From Antedon mediterranea (lineage: Eukaryota; Animalia; Echinodermata), in assembly GCF_964355755.1 (NCBI RefSeq), contig NC_092670.1, forward strand, positions 31,112,388 to 31,176,387: 64,000 nucleotides of DNA, written 5' to 3'. The position numbers and the translations under genes were made by a program. The notes under the pieces are model-generated. The model had not been told where the DNA came from. It worked only from the letters and a program-made list of their open reading frames with translations, and made no database searches. This document shows positions 27,870 to 39,284 of the stretch, in pieces. The stretch's first letter is position 1; each line of letters opens with the position of its first letter.

Positions 27870-30047
27870 GTGGGTTACTATTAGAAGTGGGGGTTACTGT
27901 TAGAATGTGGGTTACTATTAGGTTGTGGGTTACCATTAGAGTGTGGGTTACTATTAGGTTGTGGGTTACTATTAGGTTGTGGGATACTATTAGAGTGTGG
28001 GTAACTATTAGTATGTGGGTTACTATTAGGTTTTTGGGTTACTATTATGTTGTGGGTTACTGTTAGGGTATGGGTTACTATTAGGTTGTGGGTTACTATT
28101 AGAATGTGGGTTACTATTAAAATGTGGGTTACTATTAGAGTGTGGGTTACTATTAGAGTGTGGGTTACTATTAGAGTGTGGGTTACTATTAAAGTGTGGG
28201 TTACTATTAGAGTATGGGTTACTATTAGAGTGTGGTTACTATTAGGTTGTGGGTTACTATTAGAGTGTGGGTTACTATTAGGTTGCGGGTTACTATTAGT
28301 TTGTAGGTTACTATTAGAGTGTGGGTTACTATTAGGTTGTGGGTTACTATTAGATTGTGGGTTACTATTAGAGTGTGGGTTACTATTAGAGTGTGGGTTA
28401 ATATTAGAGTGTGGGTTACTATTAGAGTGTGGGTTAATATTAGAGTGTGGGTTACTATTAGAGTGTGGGTTACTGTTAGAGTGTGGGTTACTATTAGAAT
28501 GTGGGTTACTATTAGAATGTGGGTTACTATTAGAGTGTGGGTTACTATTAGAGTGTGGTTACTATTAGAGTGTGGGTTACTATTAGAGTGTGGGTTACTA
28601 TTAGAGTGTGGGTTATTATTATAATGTTGGTTACTATTATAATGTGGGTTACTATTAGAGTGTGGGTTACTATTAGAGTGTGGGTTACTATTAGAGTGTA
28701 GGTCACTATTAGAGTGTGGGTTACTATTAGGTAGACTTGCCCCAAGTCTGTATTATCTTTTTTTTTATTTATTTGTTTTTATTTCGACCGCGATTTTTGT
28801 CTGAAAATACAGACTTGTGAAACACGTATAGAAATCGATTTGCAGACCGCAAACATACGATAAGAATGACGTAGGTTATCATACCGTATTTGGCTATATG
28901 GGGCGGGCGGTATGTAAATATGGATTTCGAATCAACCAATGATCATTTTGTTTCAAAATGAAAGAGATCGAGTACGTAGTAGGCCTACCAGTGCTTAATG
29001 TACGATCGAGACTGTTGAAATATAAAATAGTAATGCCAAGTTGTTTTGTTTATTAATTGTTTAGTCCTTGGCCTAGGCCTCTTTCGTAGGTCCTACTCAA
29101 CTCGCACGTATGACCTGCCAAATAAAACGCCAATGAAGTAGGCCTACATACCACCGGCACACAACAGGGCTACACCACTACACAGAACAGGACAGAGTCT
29201 GGGTGGGAATTAAATCAAAATTATCTCCGCGTAATAAATGATCCATTCAATGTTTGATTTGCGGAGAAGCTAGCCTATCATATATCAAGACGAGTTTTCA
29301 TGTTTCAAAGATCCCATCAAATGTTTACCAGACTACTAGGCATATAAAATAATTTCTAGCCTTCAGAACTTTCATAAATGTACCCAAGTACACATTGTCT
29401 AAACGTAACATAGCGCATGCGCATCATCTTAGTTGTTGAGTCTTTGAAATTCTGAAATATGAATATTTAAACCGTGTACGAGAGAGTAGCCAATCGCATG
29501 CAGCTGAAACTAGTCAACCGGATAATCGTATGCACCAAGAATTATTGGTGTCAAACCACGTGACTTGTGCGTGTTTCCCCAGATGGAGTATCCAAAATCA
29601 AGTAGTATACGTATGAAACGCCATATGTGCCAAAATATTTATCTTTTAACTAATATTAAGACAAAACTCCGTCTGGAACCCAGACTAACTATTAGGTTGT
29701 GGTTACTATTAGAGTGTGGGTTACTATTAGGTTGTGGGTTACTATTAGAGTGGGGGTTACTATTAGAGTGTGGGTTCCTATTAGGTTGTGGGTTACTATT
29801 AGAGTGTGGGTTACTATTAGGTTGTGGGTTACTATTAGAGTGTGAGTTACTATTAGAATGTGGGTTACTATTAGGTTGTGGGTTACTATTAGAGTGTGAG
29901 TTACTATTATAATGTGGGTTACAATTAGGTTGTGGGTTACTATTACGTTGTGGGTTACTATTAGAGTGTGGGTTACTATTAGAGTGTTGGTTACTATTAG
30001 TTTATGGGTTACTATTAGAATGTGGGTTACTATTAGAGAGTGTGGGT
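27870..30047. repeat. 18-bp satellite (GTGTGGGTTACTATTAGA)n, interrupted at 28732-29687
   Basis: Directly visible tandem array; a final monomer occurs at about 32800-32821. Confidence 0.95.
28732..29687. mobile_element. AcademH-like non-autonomous element
   Basis: TAG...CTA termini with terminal hairpins (AGACTTGCCCCAAGTCT; GTCTGGAACCCAGAC); 9-bp TSD ACTATTAGG at 28723-28731 and 29688-29696. Confidence 0.65.
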
Positions 30048-32795
30048 TGTAAAGTCTGGTGTTAAACGAAAGAAATGAGACAGAGAGACAACCACGTAAG
30101 TTACGATAAGTACAAGTGTTTAATGGCAAAACAACACGTCCTTTATATACAGTAATACCTAGCACGCCACCACTCAGGTGTGTATGCAAATTGGGCTCTA
30201 GCGCCACCATATTACATCCCCCTTATCGACAAAAACAGAAAGTTTTTTTTTTAGATTTTTAGAATATAAACATTTAGAATATATAACAACATCCCCTTCA
30301 CAGCAAACTTGAAACAACATACTAGCATAATATCATACAGTCACATTTGGAATAAACACAAAAAATAATAATAATAATAATATCGAGCCCAAAAAAAAAA
30401 TAATAAGTTATAAATGTTCGCAATATCAACAACAACAATGTTGAGGTAGTCGTAGTTCGTATCATGGTTTATATCGATCAGGGATTTTCACTTCCCGTCC
30501 GGACCTTGTACGAATTATAGGTTGTTCTGGTTCGATCTCAGTTCTGCTCACATCTGGTTTATCCTGTGGGTCTGGGTTGAGAGGTTTGTTAGGTACGGTT
30601 GCTTCTTGTAGTACAGGCGTACTGACTGGTATTTCTCGGATGTGTTGTCGATTTCGTCTGGTGATTTTACCATTAGGACTCTGTACGAAGAATGATCTTG
30701 GTTCGTCAGCTATCCGATGGATAGTGGCAGGATCCCAGCATTTAGAACTCTGGTCCTGGATTCTGACCTGTTGACCTGGAATTAATGGGGTTAGTTCATT
30801 TGTACGAGCATGCAAGTCATAATAATGCTTTTGAACTTCTTGCCTTTTCTTCAATTCGTCGTATATTTTGTCAGAGTCATTGGTGTTGGTTAGGCTTATC
30901 TTTGTTGGTAGACTGCATTTCAATTTTCTTCCCATTAATAATTGAGCTGGACTGGGAAGAGATTGACTAACTGGTGTAGATCTCCAATGAAGAAGTGCAA
31001 GTTCATAATCGGTTGACGATTGTTTAGCTTTCTTTAATATTGATTTTACCGTCCATATTTAACATTCGATGTACCCATTACCTTGGGGTCGTCTGGGTGA
31101 AGAAGTTGTATGATCGAAACTCCAGGCTTTAGCAAATTCTTTGAACACGAAACTGGAAAAATGCGGGCCATTATCGCTTACAACTTTAGATGGAACGCCA
31201 TGTTCGCCGAATACTTGCTTGAAAACATCGATGACGACTCTGCTTGGACTAGAATCAGGTAGTTTGCGAATGATCGGATACTTCGAGTAATAGTCAGATA
31301 TAATTAGCCATTGATGATCGTCGAATGTAAACAAATCAGCTCCAAGTACGCTCCATGGTTTAGTTGGTATGTCATGTTGCAGGAGAGGCTCGGACATTTG
31401 TGGTGGTTGGTGCTGTTGACATCTAGAGCATGATTGAACTAATTGGTCAATGTCTTTATTGATGTTCGGCCAACATACAGTGTCCTTAGCAAGTAGTTTT
31501 GTTTTTTCTTGACCAAGGTGAGCGGTATGTAATTGTAGCAGTATATCACGTTGCATAGTTGAGGGTATTACGATGCGTTGAGCTTTAAGCACAAGGCCGT
31601 TGTCGTCTCGTCTCTGTAACTCCAATATGGTCGCATATCTGTTGGTAACTGTTTGATGTTTTTCGGCCAACCATTGGTGATGATGCCTTTAAGTTGGTTT
31701 AGGATTGGGTCTTTGGTGGTTTGTTGTTGAAGTTGAGTTACTTTTTCTGTGGAGAAACGAACAAGATCAACACGTACATCCAAATCAATGATTTGATTAT
31801 TATTCATATTAGGCAAACGTGATAAGCCATCGGCAAGTTGATTTTTGACTCCTGGTAAATGTTCAATAGTAAAATGATATCCTTGTAATTTGATCAGCAT
31901 CCGTTGTAATCTAGGAGGTGCAGATGTTAGTGGTTTATTTGTTATCATTATCAATGGCTTATGATCCGTAATAACGTGGAAACTTCGTCCAAATAAAAAG
32001 GTGTGAAATCGTTGTACTCCAAATACAATGGATAATAGTTCTCGCTCGATACATGCATAACGTTGTTCAGTGTCTGTAAGGCTTTTACTTGCATAAGTAA
32101 TTGGTTTGAGTTGATCGTTACAATCATATTGTAACAGTGTTGCCCCTAATCCACGTATGCTTGCGTCGCATTGAAGGATGACATGTTTGTTTACATCATT
32201 ATATTGTAGTAACGTTGTTTCGGAAACTTCGCGTTTTAAAGCTTCAAATGCTTTTGCATGATGTGTTCCCAAAGGAACTCAACGTCCTTCTTTAATAGAT
32301 CTCTCAACACTGTTGTTTTTGTGCTGAAGTCTTTAATGAAACACGAGAGGTAAGTCATAGTTCCAAGAAATTGTTGAAGTTCTGTTTTGTTTGTAGGCTC
32401 AGGCATAGCTCTTAAGTCTTGAACTTTCTTGGGGTCTGGTTGTTATAAACGTTACCAAAGAATGTTATATTATCTTGTTTGATGTGAAATTTGGTCGAGT
32501 TTAAAACGAAGCCGGTTTGTTCTGCAACTTTCATGAAGTTAATCAGGTTAGCATCATGTTCTTGTTCAGTGGAACCAAATACTGCTATGTCGTCTGCAAT
32601 TCCACAAACACCTTTGCATTTTCCAATGATTCGATCCATCTCAAGCTGAAATATATCCTGGCTCACAGACAATCCGAAAGGCAAACGCTGGAAGCAATAG
32701 CGTCCAAAGGGTGTTTGAAAAGTGGTAAGTTTCTGGCTGTCGTGATCTAATTTTACAGACCAATAACCAGCTTTGGCATCGAGTTTGGAAAAAAA
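30048..32795 (-). mobile_element. 5'-deleted Ty3/Gypsy retrotransposon (K02A2.6/Mag-like pol) with 3' LTR at 30048-30216
   Basis: RT (LDAKAGYW, RLPFGL, IADDI), RNase H (CDASIRGLGA, TDHKPL), integrase (HTAH...CSRC, VSDNGPHF), all frameshifted; PPT AAGGGGGA next to a TGTAA...TTACA LTR. Confidence 0.9.
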
Positions 32796-32954
32796 CTTTT
32801 AGAATGTGGGTTACTATTAGAAGATTTACGGTATCTTGTGAAAATAAAATTGAATAGAATTGAAAAAAGCTAAGCATATTATATACTATGTTGAACGTGT
32901 TAAACACTTCCAGCATAGTGATCATGGCATGCGCAAATTAAGAATATGACCAAT

Positions 32955-34313
32955 TGTCACAAAACCTTGCCAATTTAGTTATACAGAAAACAATTACAAA
33001 TTACTTCAAGAGCTTCTATCGTTATTTTAATTATTTTTTTTTCCTTTTCTTTTAGACATTTATACCTCAGGCTCAAACGAGCATTCATATGAAGTTTCAC
33101 ATTTAACCATTCAATAACATCTAATAAATAAATACCCGTTAACAATAAACACATAAATAAATATCTTACAAGTTCCCTTTACTCCCTCAAGTATCTCTAG
33201 AGATGGCCTTTACCCCTTTCCTAATACTCAAAACCCAATTAAATACAATAAACAAATAAATGAATACAACAATAAATAAATAATTACTTCTATTCAAAAT
33301 ACACTCTACCCTAATTCCTTTATACGTATACTTGCATTATCGTTACACTTTACAATATTATTCAATTAATTTCATCATATAAATCTCGAATTACCCTCTT
33401 AAATTACTATTCCCATTCTCTATGATCCAATTAATACAACAATTTCTCTATCTCGTCTTATATACTTTGATTATAAATCATTCATCTTCTAATATATTTT
33501 AGCCACTAATTTTATCAATTTGTCTTATTTATGTTCGTTTCTTTTTCACATAATTATATAATACTCGTTATTTCATAATTCAGTATCCATTCCATATTTA
33601 TAATAACAAAACTTTGTTTCACACTATTTCTTAAATTCGTACATTATTCTATTCTTTTCCACACATATAATATTCGTTATTTCATAATTCATCTATCTAT
33701 TCCATATATATAATTACAATAAGTTGTTTCACAATATTTGTAAATTCATATACTATTCTATTCTTTTCCACACATATAATATTTGTTATTTCATAATTCA
33801 TCTATCTATTCCATATATATAATTACAATAAGTTTACACGTTGATAATGCCATGTAAGTTCCAATCAGGTGGCTATTTCACACACCAGTAGCCGTTGTAT
33901 ATAACATTCCACGCATTATTTCTGTAACCATCCTTCTTTTCTTTAACGTCTTTCTTTAATGTCTCCAATTCAATGGCGTGTCGTACTAGTAGTAAGTTTT
34001 TCCTTTCCGTCTCGATGTTTCCAATATCGTTACTATTCTGTCACGAAACCTTGCCAATTTAGTTATACAGAAAACAATTACAAATTACTTCAAGAGCTTC
34101 TATCGTTATTTTAATTATTTTTTTTCCTTTTCTTTTAAACATTTATACCTCAGGCTCAAACGAGCATTCATATGAAGTTTCACATTTAACCATTCAATAA
34201 CATCTAATAAATAAATACCCGTTAACAATAAACACATAAATAAATATCTTACAAGTTCCCTTTACTCCCTCAATTATCTCTAGAGATGGCCTTTACCCCT
34301 TTCCTAATACTCA
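32955..34313. repeat. Two direct repeats of about 275 bp (32955-33230, 34039-34313) flanking a spacer with a short degenerate tandem repeat (period about 120 bp)
   Basis: Near-identical copies beginning TGTCAC; internal repeats at about 33545-33835; no TSD found. Confidence 0.85.
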
Positions 34314-34659
34314 CAAGTGTTCTGGTTGCCAGAGTCCTTTAGTTATAAATTTAATTAGTCAATCCGTTCTTCAATGTAGCCTACCACTCAATTAACAGTC
34401 GTAAAAGGAGACCTCAGATTAGAAATTAAGGAGTTATTTATTACACGACTACAATATCGCTGAAGTGTGCATCAAATATCTATATCTCTTACTTTGTGGT
34501 TTTCTTTATTTTCTCCGCTTAGCAACTTATCAATACAACAATAGTAGTTTGCCACACCCAATCAAGAAATGCAACACTCAGCTTAATCCCAACTCCTTGT
34601 TTCCAACCTCCCTCCAATATACCAACCCATCATCCAATAAGAGGCCGCTACGCATGAAT

Positions 34660-34925
34660 GACCCCCCTCATACGGTACAATGGAACAAAAATAAAATCAT
34701 TTGTGACACCAATACTGGCAGTTCGTCTATCCTTAATCTTTTAACACCTGGCATCCCTTCATCCGATTGCTACGGCATTGCCAATGCAATCATGATCAAT
34801 GAACATTTTACCAGTGTTAGCGCTCAACTGCTCTTGTTAGATTGCAGTAAACTTCCTGCATTTTTGCCATCAGATAAGTCAGTACCTCAAGTACAACCCA
34901 GGGATGTGTATAACAAACTAAAACA
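34660..34925 (+). mobile_element. LINE ORF2 fragment (endonuclease-RT linker)
   Basis: INEHFTSVS...KLPAFLPS...VQPRDVYNKL resembles the pre-RT region of CR1/L2/Rex-type LINEs. Confidence 0.5.
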
Positions 34926-35481
34926 AGAAATATTTCTTACAAAAAACGCCGCGTAACTTTTTGACTGGACAGTTGTAAGAACAGTCTTCATTAATTTAAT
35001 ATAATAGGTCGGCCAATCAAAACGCAAGTGAACAATTGGGACTTTACTTGTGATTTATGTCATTGGCCTGTCAGCACAGTCGTTTCTTTCTAGAATTAAA
35101 CGCACAAACTTGTATTGGGAACAATTTATGTTTATGTGGTTATTACTATCGCATTTAGGTATTGATAATGATAATAATATGGCTTTTGAATATAAAATTA
35201 CTGTCTGTAGAATAACATTTATACATTTTCGGTTCGCGATGAAAAGTTATATGAATGGATTTGTAATAGGTATTTATAATAATAGTAGGCCTATATGGGT
35301 TGTATTATTGCTAAGCTATCACCAAATCGCGTTATACCATTATTTCTCAGGGTTTGTTGCACCATTGATCAATACCAAACGCTTATCGGTATTATAGTTT
35401 TTAATGAATCATTACATTAATAAAAAATACCCAATTAAATCAATCGCGTCAGTCCAATTCCGACTTATGTTTCGATCACAT

Positions 35482-35642
35482 AGTTCTGTGTCTACACTGT
35501 CCCAACTAGTTTAACAAAAAAAGTGTGATGTGCCCAAATATGGTAGTGATATGCCCGAATATCGTAGTGAACATCGGGGGGACATCGTCATGTCTATATA
35601 ATATGGGCACATCATATTTAGTTTGATAGTATAGACAGAGCT
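35482..35642. mobile_element. Small PIF/Harbinger-like MITE
   Basis: TIR AGTTCTGTGTCTACACTGTCCCAACT / AGTTTGATAGTATAGACAGAGCT with internal inverted TGATGTGCCC / GGGCACATCA. Confidence 0.6.
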
Positions 35643-35669
35643 TAAGGATTATATTTAAAAAATGTTTTC

Positions 35670-36700
35670 TTACATTTTGAAAAAAAGTATTTTATTTGTT
35701 GATAAGCCCAATTGTGCAGTCTTATTTTACATTTTGAACGAAAGTATTTATTTGTTGATAAGCCCACTTTTGCAGTCTTATTTATATTTTAAACGAAAGT
35801 ATTTATTTGTTGATAAGCCGAATTTCCAGTTTAATAATAATGACCCCTTCCACAGTGCTTATACCATATAAATTTTACATGATATTGACCGTGGGTTCTT
35901 TACGCCTCTGATGCATTTGTTTTTATTGTACCTTTTTAATAAATTATTATATGTTTAGGCCTAACCACACCCAATTTAATGAAACGGTCAGATTCCGATT
36001 TCAATTGAACGAAAGTAGTACTGTATTTATTATTCATTGATAAGCCAAGGGTCCCATGGCGTTAGCCGATATCTTGAGTATTTGACTCATGTGTCAACCT
36101 GTAACACAAATCATTCGTCAAAATCTAAAGAAAGAACCTCACACGTCTTTTTTGTGAGTGATACACTATGGATATGCCCACGGAAATAATATGTGGACAT
36201 TGCAAACAATCATAGGCCTACAGTAACAAACATAACATGGCTAATAAGCATAACATTCAGACTTGTTTGTTTTCTAGTGGATTTTTATTTACTTTAGCAT
36301 GTAGAATAAAACTAGTAACAGTGGCTATATTAATAATTATTATACTGATTATCCTTGATGTTATCGCGTCTAATAATAAATTATTTTGTTGTTGATAAGC
36401 CCAATTTTTCAGCCTTGATTTTACATTTTGAACGAAAGTATTTATTTGTTGATAAGCCCAATTTTGCAGTCTTAATAATGACCCTTCCACAGTGCATTTT
36501 ACAAGATATTGATCGAGGGTTTTTACGCCTCTATAGCCACTGATCAATACCACAATTAATGTACTTTTTTAAATGAATATTGAAATGTTTCAACATACCC
36601 AATTCAAAAAAACGGTCCGTTTTCGAGTTCAATCTTTTGATTAGAGAGGTTGGAGTTTCATTTTGAACGAAAGTATTTATTTGATTGATAAACCAAATTT
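35670..36700. repeat. Clustered repeats of TTTGAACGAAAGTATTTATTTGTTGATAAGCCC
   Basis: About 7 copies, some at 56-60 bp spacing; larger block 35780-35910 is repeated at 36420-36535. Confidence 0.75.
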
Positions 36701-37017
36701 CTAGTCCTAATGATTTGAGATTCAACGGGTTTTGCTTTCATTTGTATAATAATATAATTATATATATATATATATATAAATATAATATTAAGTATAATTA
36801 TGAATTCACCAACACTTTCAGGCCCAATAACAATGATCCCGGGCCCGAGTTTTTGTAGACCGGACTTCCATGCACAGCCACATGTTAAGGAATATGAATC
36901 TCTTTATGATTTTAATATGGTTCGAAATGATATTACACAACAACGATTAGACAGCAACTGTGCAAGAGTCCAACTAATAAAATCGGAATGATCAATTAAT
37001 TGAACATTTACAGCATA

Positions 37018-37382
37018 AGGCCCATACACTAGGACGATAACGATCGACGATAAATAGACAAATGTGCATTTTTAATACATAAACCAAAAGAAATATAAAC
37101 AATTCCTTTGATGAAAATTATATTTTCACACGTCCAATCAAATGACGTCATGATTAGTAAGACCAATAATATCGTGACAATACAGCGATTTTATTGTTTT
37201 TATTTATCATGACGTCATTTGATTGGAATTTGAAAAACATTATTATTTTTTATCAAAGTCAGCATAAATGATTATCCTATAGGTCTAGGACGAAAACCTT
37301 TCTAATTTCTTTTGGTTTATGTAAAAAAAATGCATGCTATATATTTATCGTCCGTCGTTATCGTCATAGTGTAATTGGGCCT
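37018..37382. mobile_element. PIF/Harbinger-like MITE
   Basis: TIR GGCCCATACACTAGGACGATAACGA / TCGTTATCGTCATAGTGTAATTGGGCC, near fold-back interior, TAA/TTA-like flanks. Confidence 0.7.
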
Positions 37383-38383
37383 TTATACAAAAAGAAATAA
37401 AATGATTACGAAGTTACATGTCATTTTCACCTATCACCAAAAAACTAACCTTTTCAACACTAATTAATTGTTACGAAGCCAATTTATATTATATATTTCA
37501 TTAAAACTGAACTTTACGGTAAATGAAGAGTAAGTATCAGTTAATATGAATAATATAACTAGTAGGTCTATGAACTTGCGTCCAGACACAGAACTGTGAC
37601 ATTACTATCATAAATGTTGAAACCACTTATAAAACCTTTTTTTAAAGAAAATATAATTGTGTTAGGAGAAGGCTAATAAACAAATAGATAATGTACAAAC
37701 CCTTTTCTGGATTAATTAATGGAGCAGGCGTTCCTATACTAATAATCTGCTGCTGCTACCTAGACTGATTGTTCACCTTCTGACGATAATTGATTGGGCC
37801 CCCCACGGCATCTGATAACCAAACAAAATTTACCAGGACTGTTTCAATGATTTAATATCTGACGGCGTATTATTATACCATTGGCCTAGATTGACAGTCA
37901 AAAGAAAGTCATTGTAAATACCTCCCTTTATATTGACAGAGCCAAAATAAAGTTTTGACCATTATCGAATGATTGTTTGACAGTGACTTATTATAATACC
38001 GGCCTGGTTGACAGCAAAAACGAAGTTATTATTTATTGAACAAGATTTTACAGATTTCCGTCTACATCTCAATAATACTGTATTATCAGCAAAGGCTTTC
38101 ATATAGACTCTCTTCTCCCAGACGTTTTTTGGGTCCAGCAGCTACCTATAAATTATAGTCGAGTTTCCAAATTCACAAAACTGTCAGCCTTAGATACTAA
38201 AGCTACCGCTATGAAACAGCTTATTAATGAATGTGTCCTCCTGGGACATAGCTGGCTAGAGCCGCGGCGCGAAAAATTAACCCAAAGAAATCAGGAGGCC
38301 CTGATTATGTTCCCCTAGAATCTTGCGCAAATTCTCTCTTGATTTGAGTGAACCCCTAGCTGATATATGCAAAAACCAATAGG

Positions 38384-39284
38384 TTTTTAGTCGCGTGGAA
38401 GCGACTCTATAGTTCACTATGTCTGTCTGTCTGTCGGTCTGTCGGTCTGTCGGTCTGTCTGTCGGTCCGGTATCACTATGCGTTTTATCGCTTTCTGACC
38501 TTATCTTGATATCAGTTTAATCTAGCTAAGTCAATTTTTCACAGTATATTCCTCTTATGGCCAGGAATCGATGTGGTTATGTTTTCACGGTGCGCAATAA
38601 AAAATTACGCGGTCTACGCACGATTTAACGAAATCACGTTTGTAATCATATCTTCACAACCATGAATCACAATTAAATAAAATTTGGTACTCATAAATTT
38701 CAGGGCATAAATCATCATATGGCAATACAATTACGTGCGTAGCGCATGTAACGCATGCGTACGCGCGCTTAAAATTTTCAAAATTTATTTTCGACGAAAT
38801 AAGAGTACGTTTCAGGCAATTTTAAGCGTTTACAAAATTGCCATGAGTCACAAAGCCACAAAGTTACGCGCGCACGCGCATTTAAATTTTAAAATGCGCA
38901 AAATTCATTTTTAATCAACTTTCTACGCATTTCTTGTCATTTTGAGCATGTCAAAAATTCCCATACGCGCGCAAATGTTTACGCGCGTGGTGCGCACGTA
39001 GCGTTAAATACATACTTTTTTCTTTTCTAATAATTTTACCATCTTTTAAACAATTTCGACTTAAAATTACGTCATACGAGCACGTCGAATTGGATAATTT
39101 GCGCACGTTTTTGATGAAAAAGTTAAAAAATTCGTCAAAATTATGCCTTTTTAGTCGCGTGGACGCGACTATAGTTCACTATGTCGGTCGGTCTGTCGGT
39201 CGGTCGGTCTGTCTGTCGGTCTGTCTGTCGGTCCGGTATCATTATGCATTGTAGCACGCGACTTAATGGCTGTTGGCCTTGTTT
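38384..39284 (+). mobile_element. Helentron-associated (HINE/DINE-like) element with a duplicated head
   Basis: T-run, subTIR AGTCGCGT, inverted GCGACT and (GTCT/GTCG)n at 38384 and again at 39148; 3' subTIR ACGCGACT, GGCTGTTGGCC hairpin and TTGTTT end. Confidence 0.75.

Larger units (their letters stand above)
27430..32831. mobile_element. pogo/Tc1-mariner-like non-autonomous element, inflated by an internal satellite and nested insertions
   Basis: TA|CAGTAAATCTTCTAATTGTTACCC at the left end and GGGTTACTATTAGAAGATTTACGG|TA at the right end: 24-bp TIR with 3 mismatches and TA TSD. Confidence 0.75.

Noticed and set aside
27870-30047. CRISPR array or interstitial telomere
   Set aside because: No spacers, no cas genes, eukaryotic context; not (TTAGGG)n
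28047-30210. ORFs of (WVTIRV)n, (CGLLLE)n and (IVTHTL)n
   Set aside because: Translations of the 18-bp satellite
35670-36700. CRISPR-like repeat-spacer pattern
   Set aside because: Intervening sequences are similar to each other and irregularly spaced
37720-38330. Possible minus-strand RT remnant (KAFADN)
   Set aside because: A single short motif; too decayed to support a call
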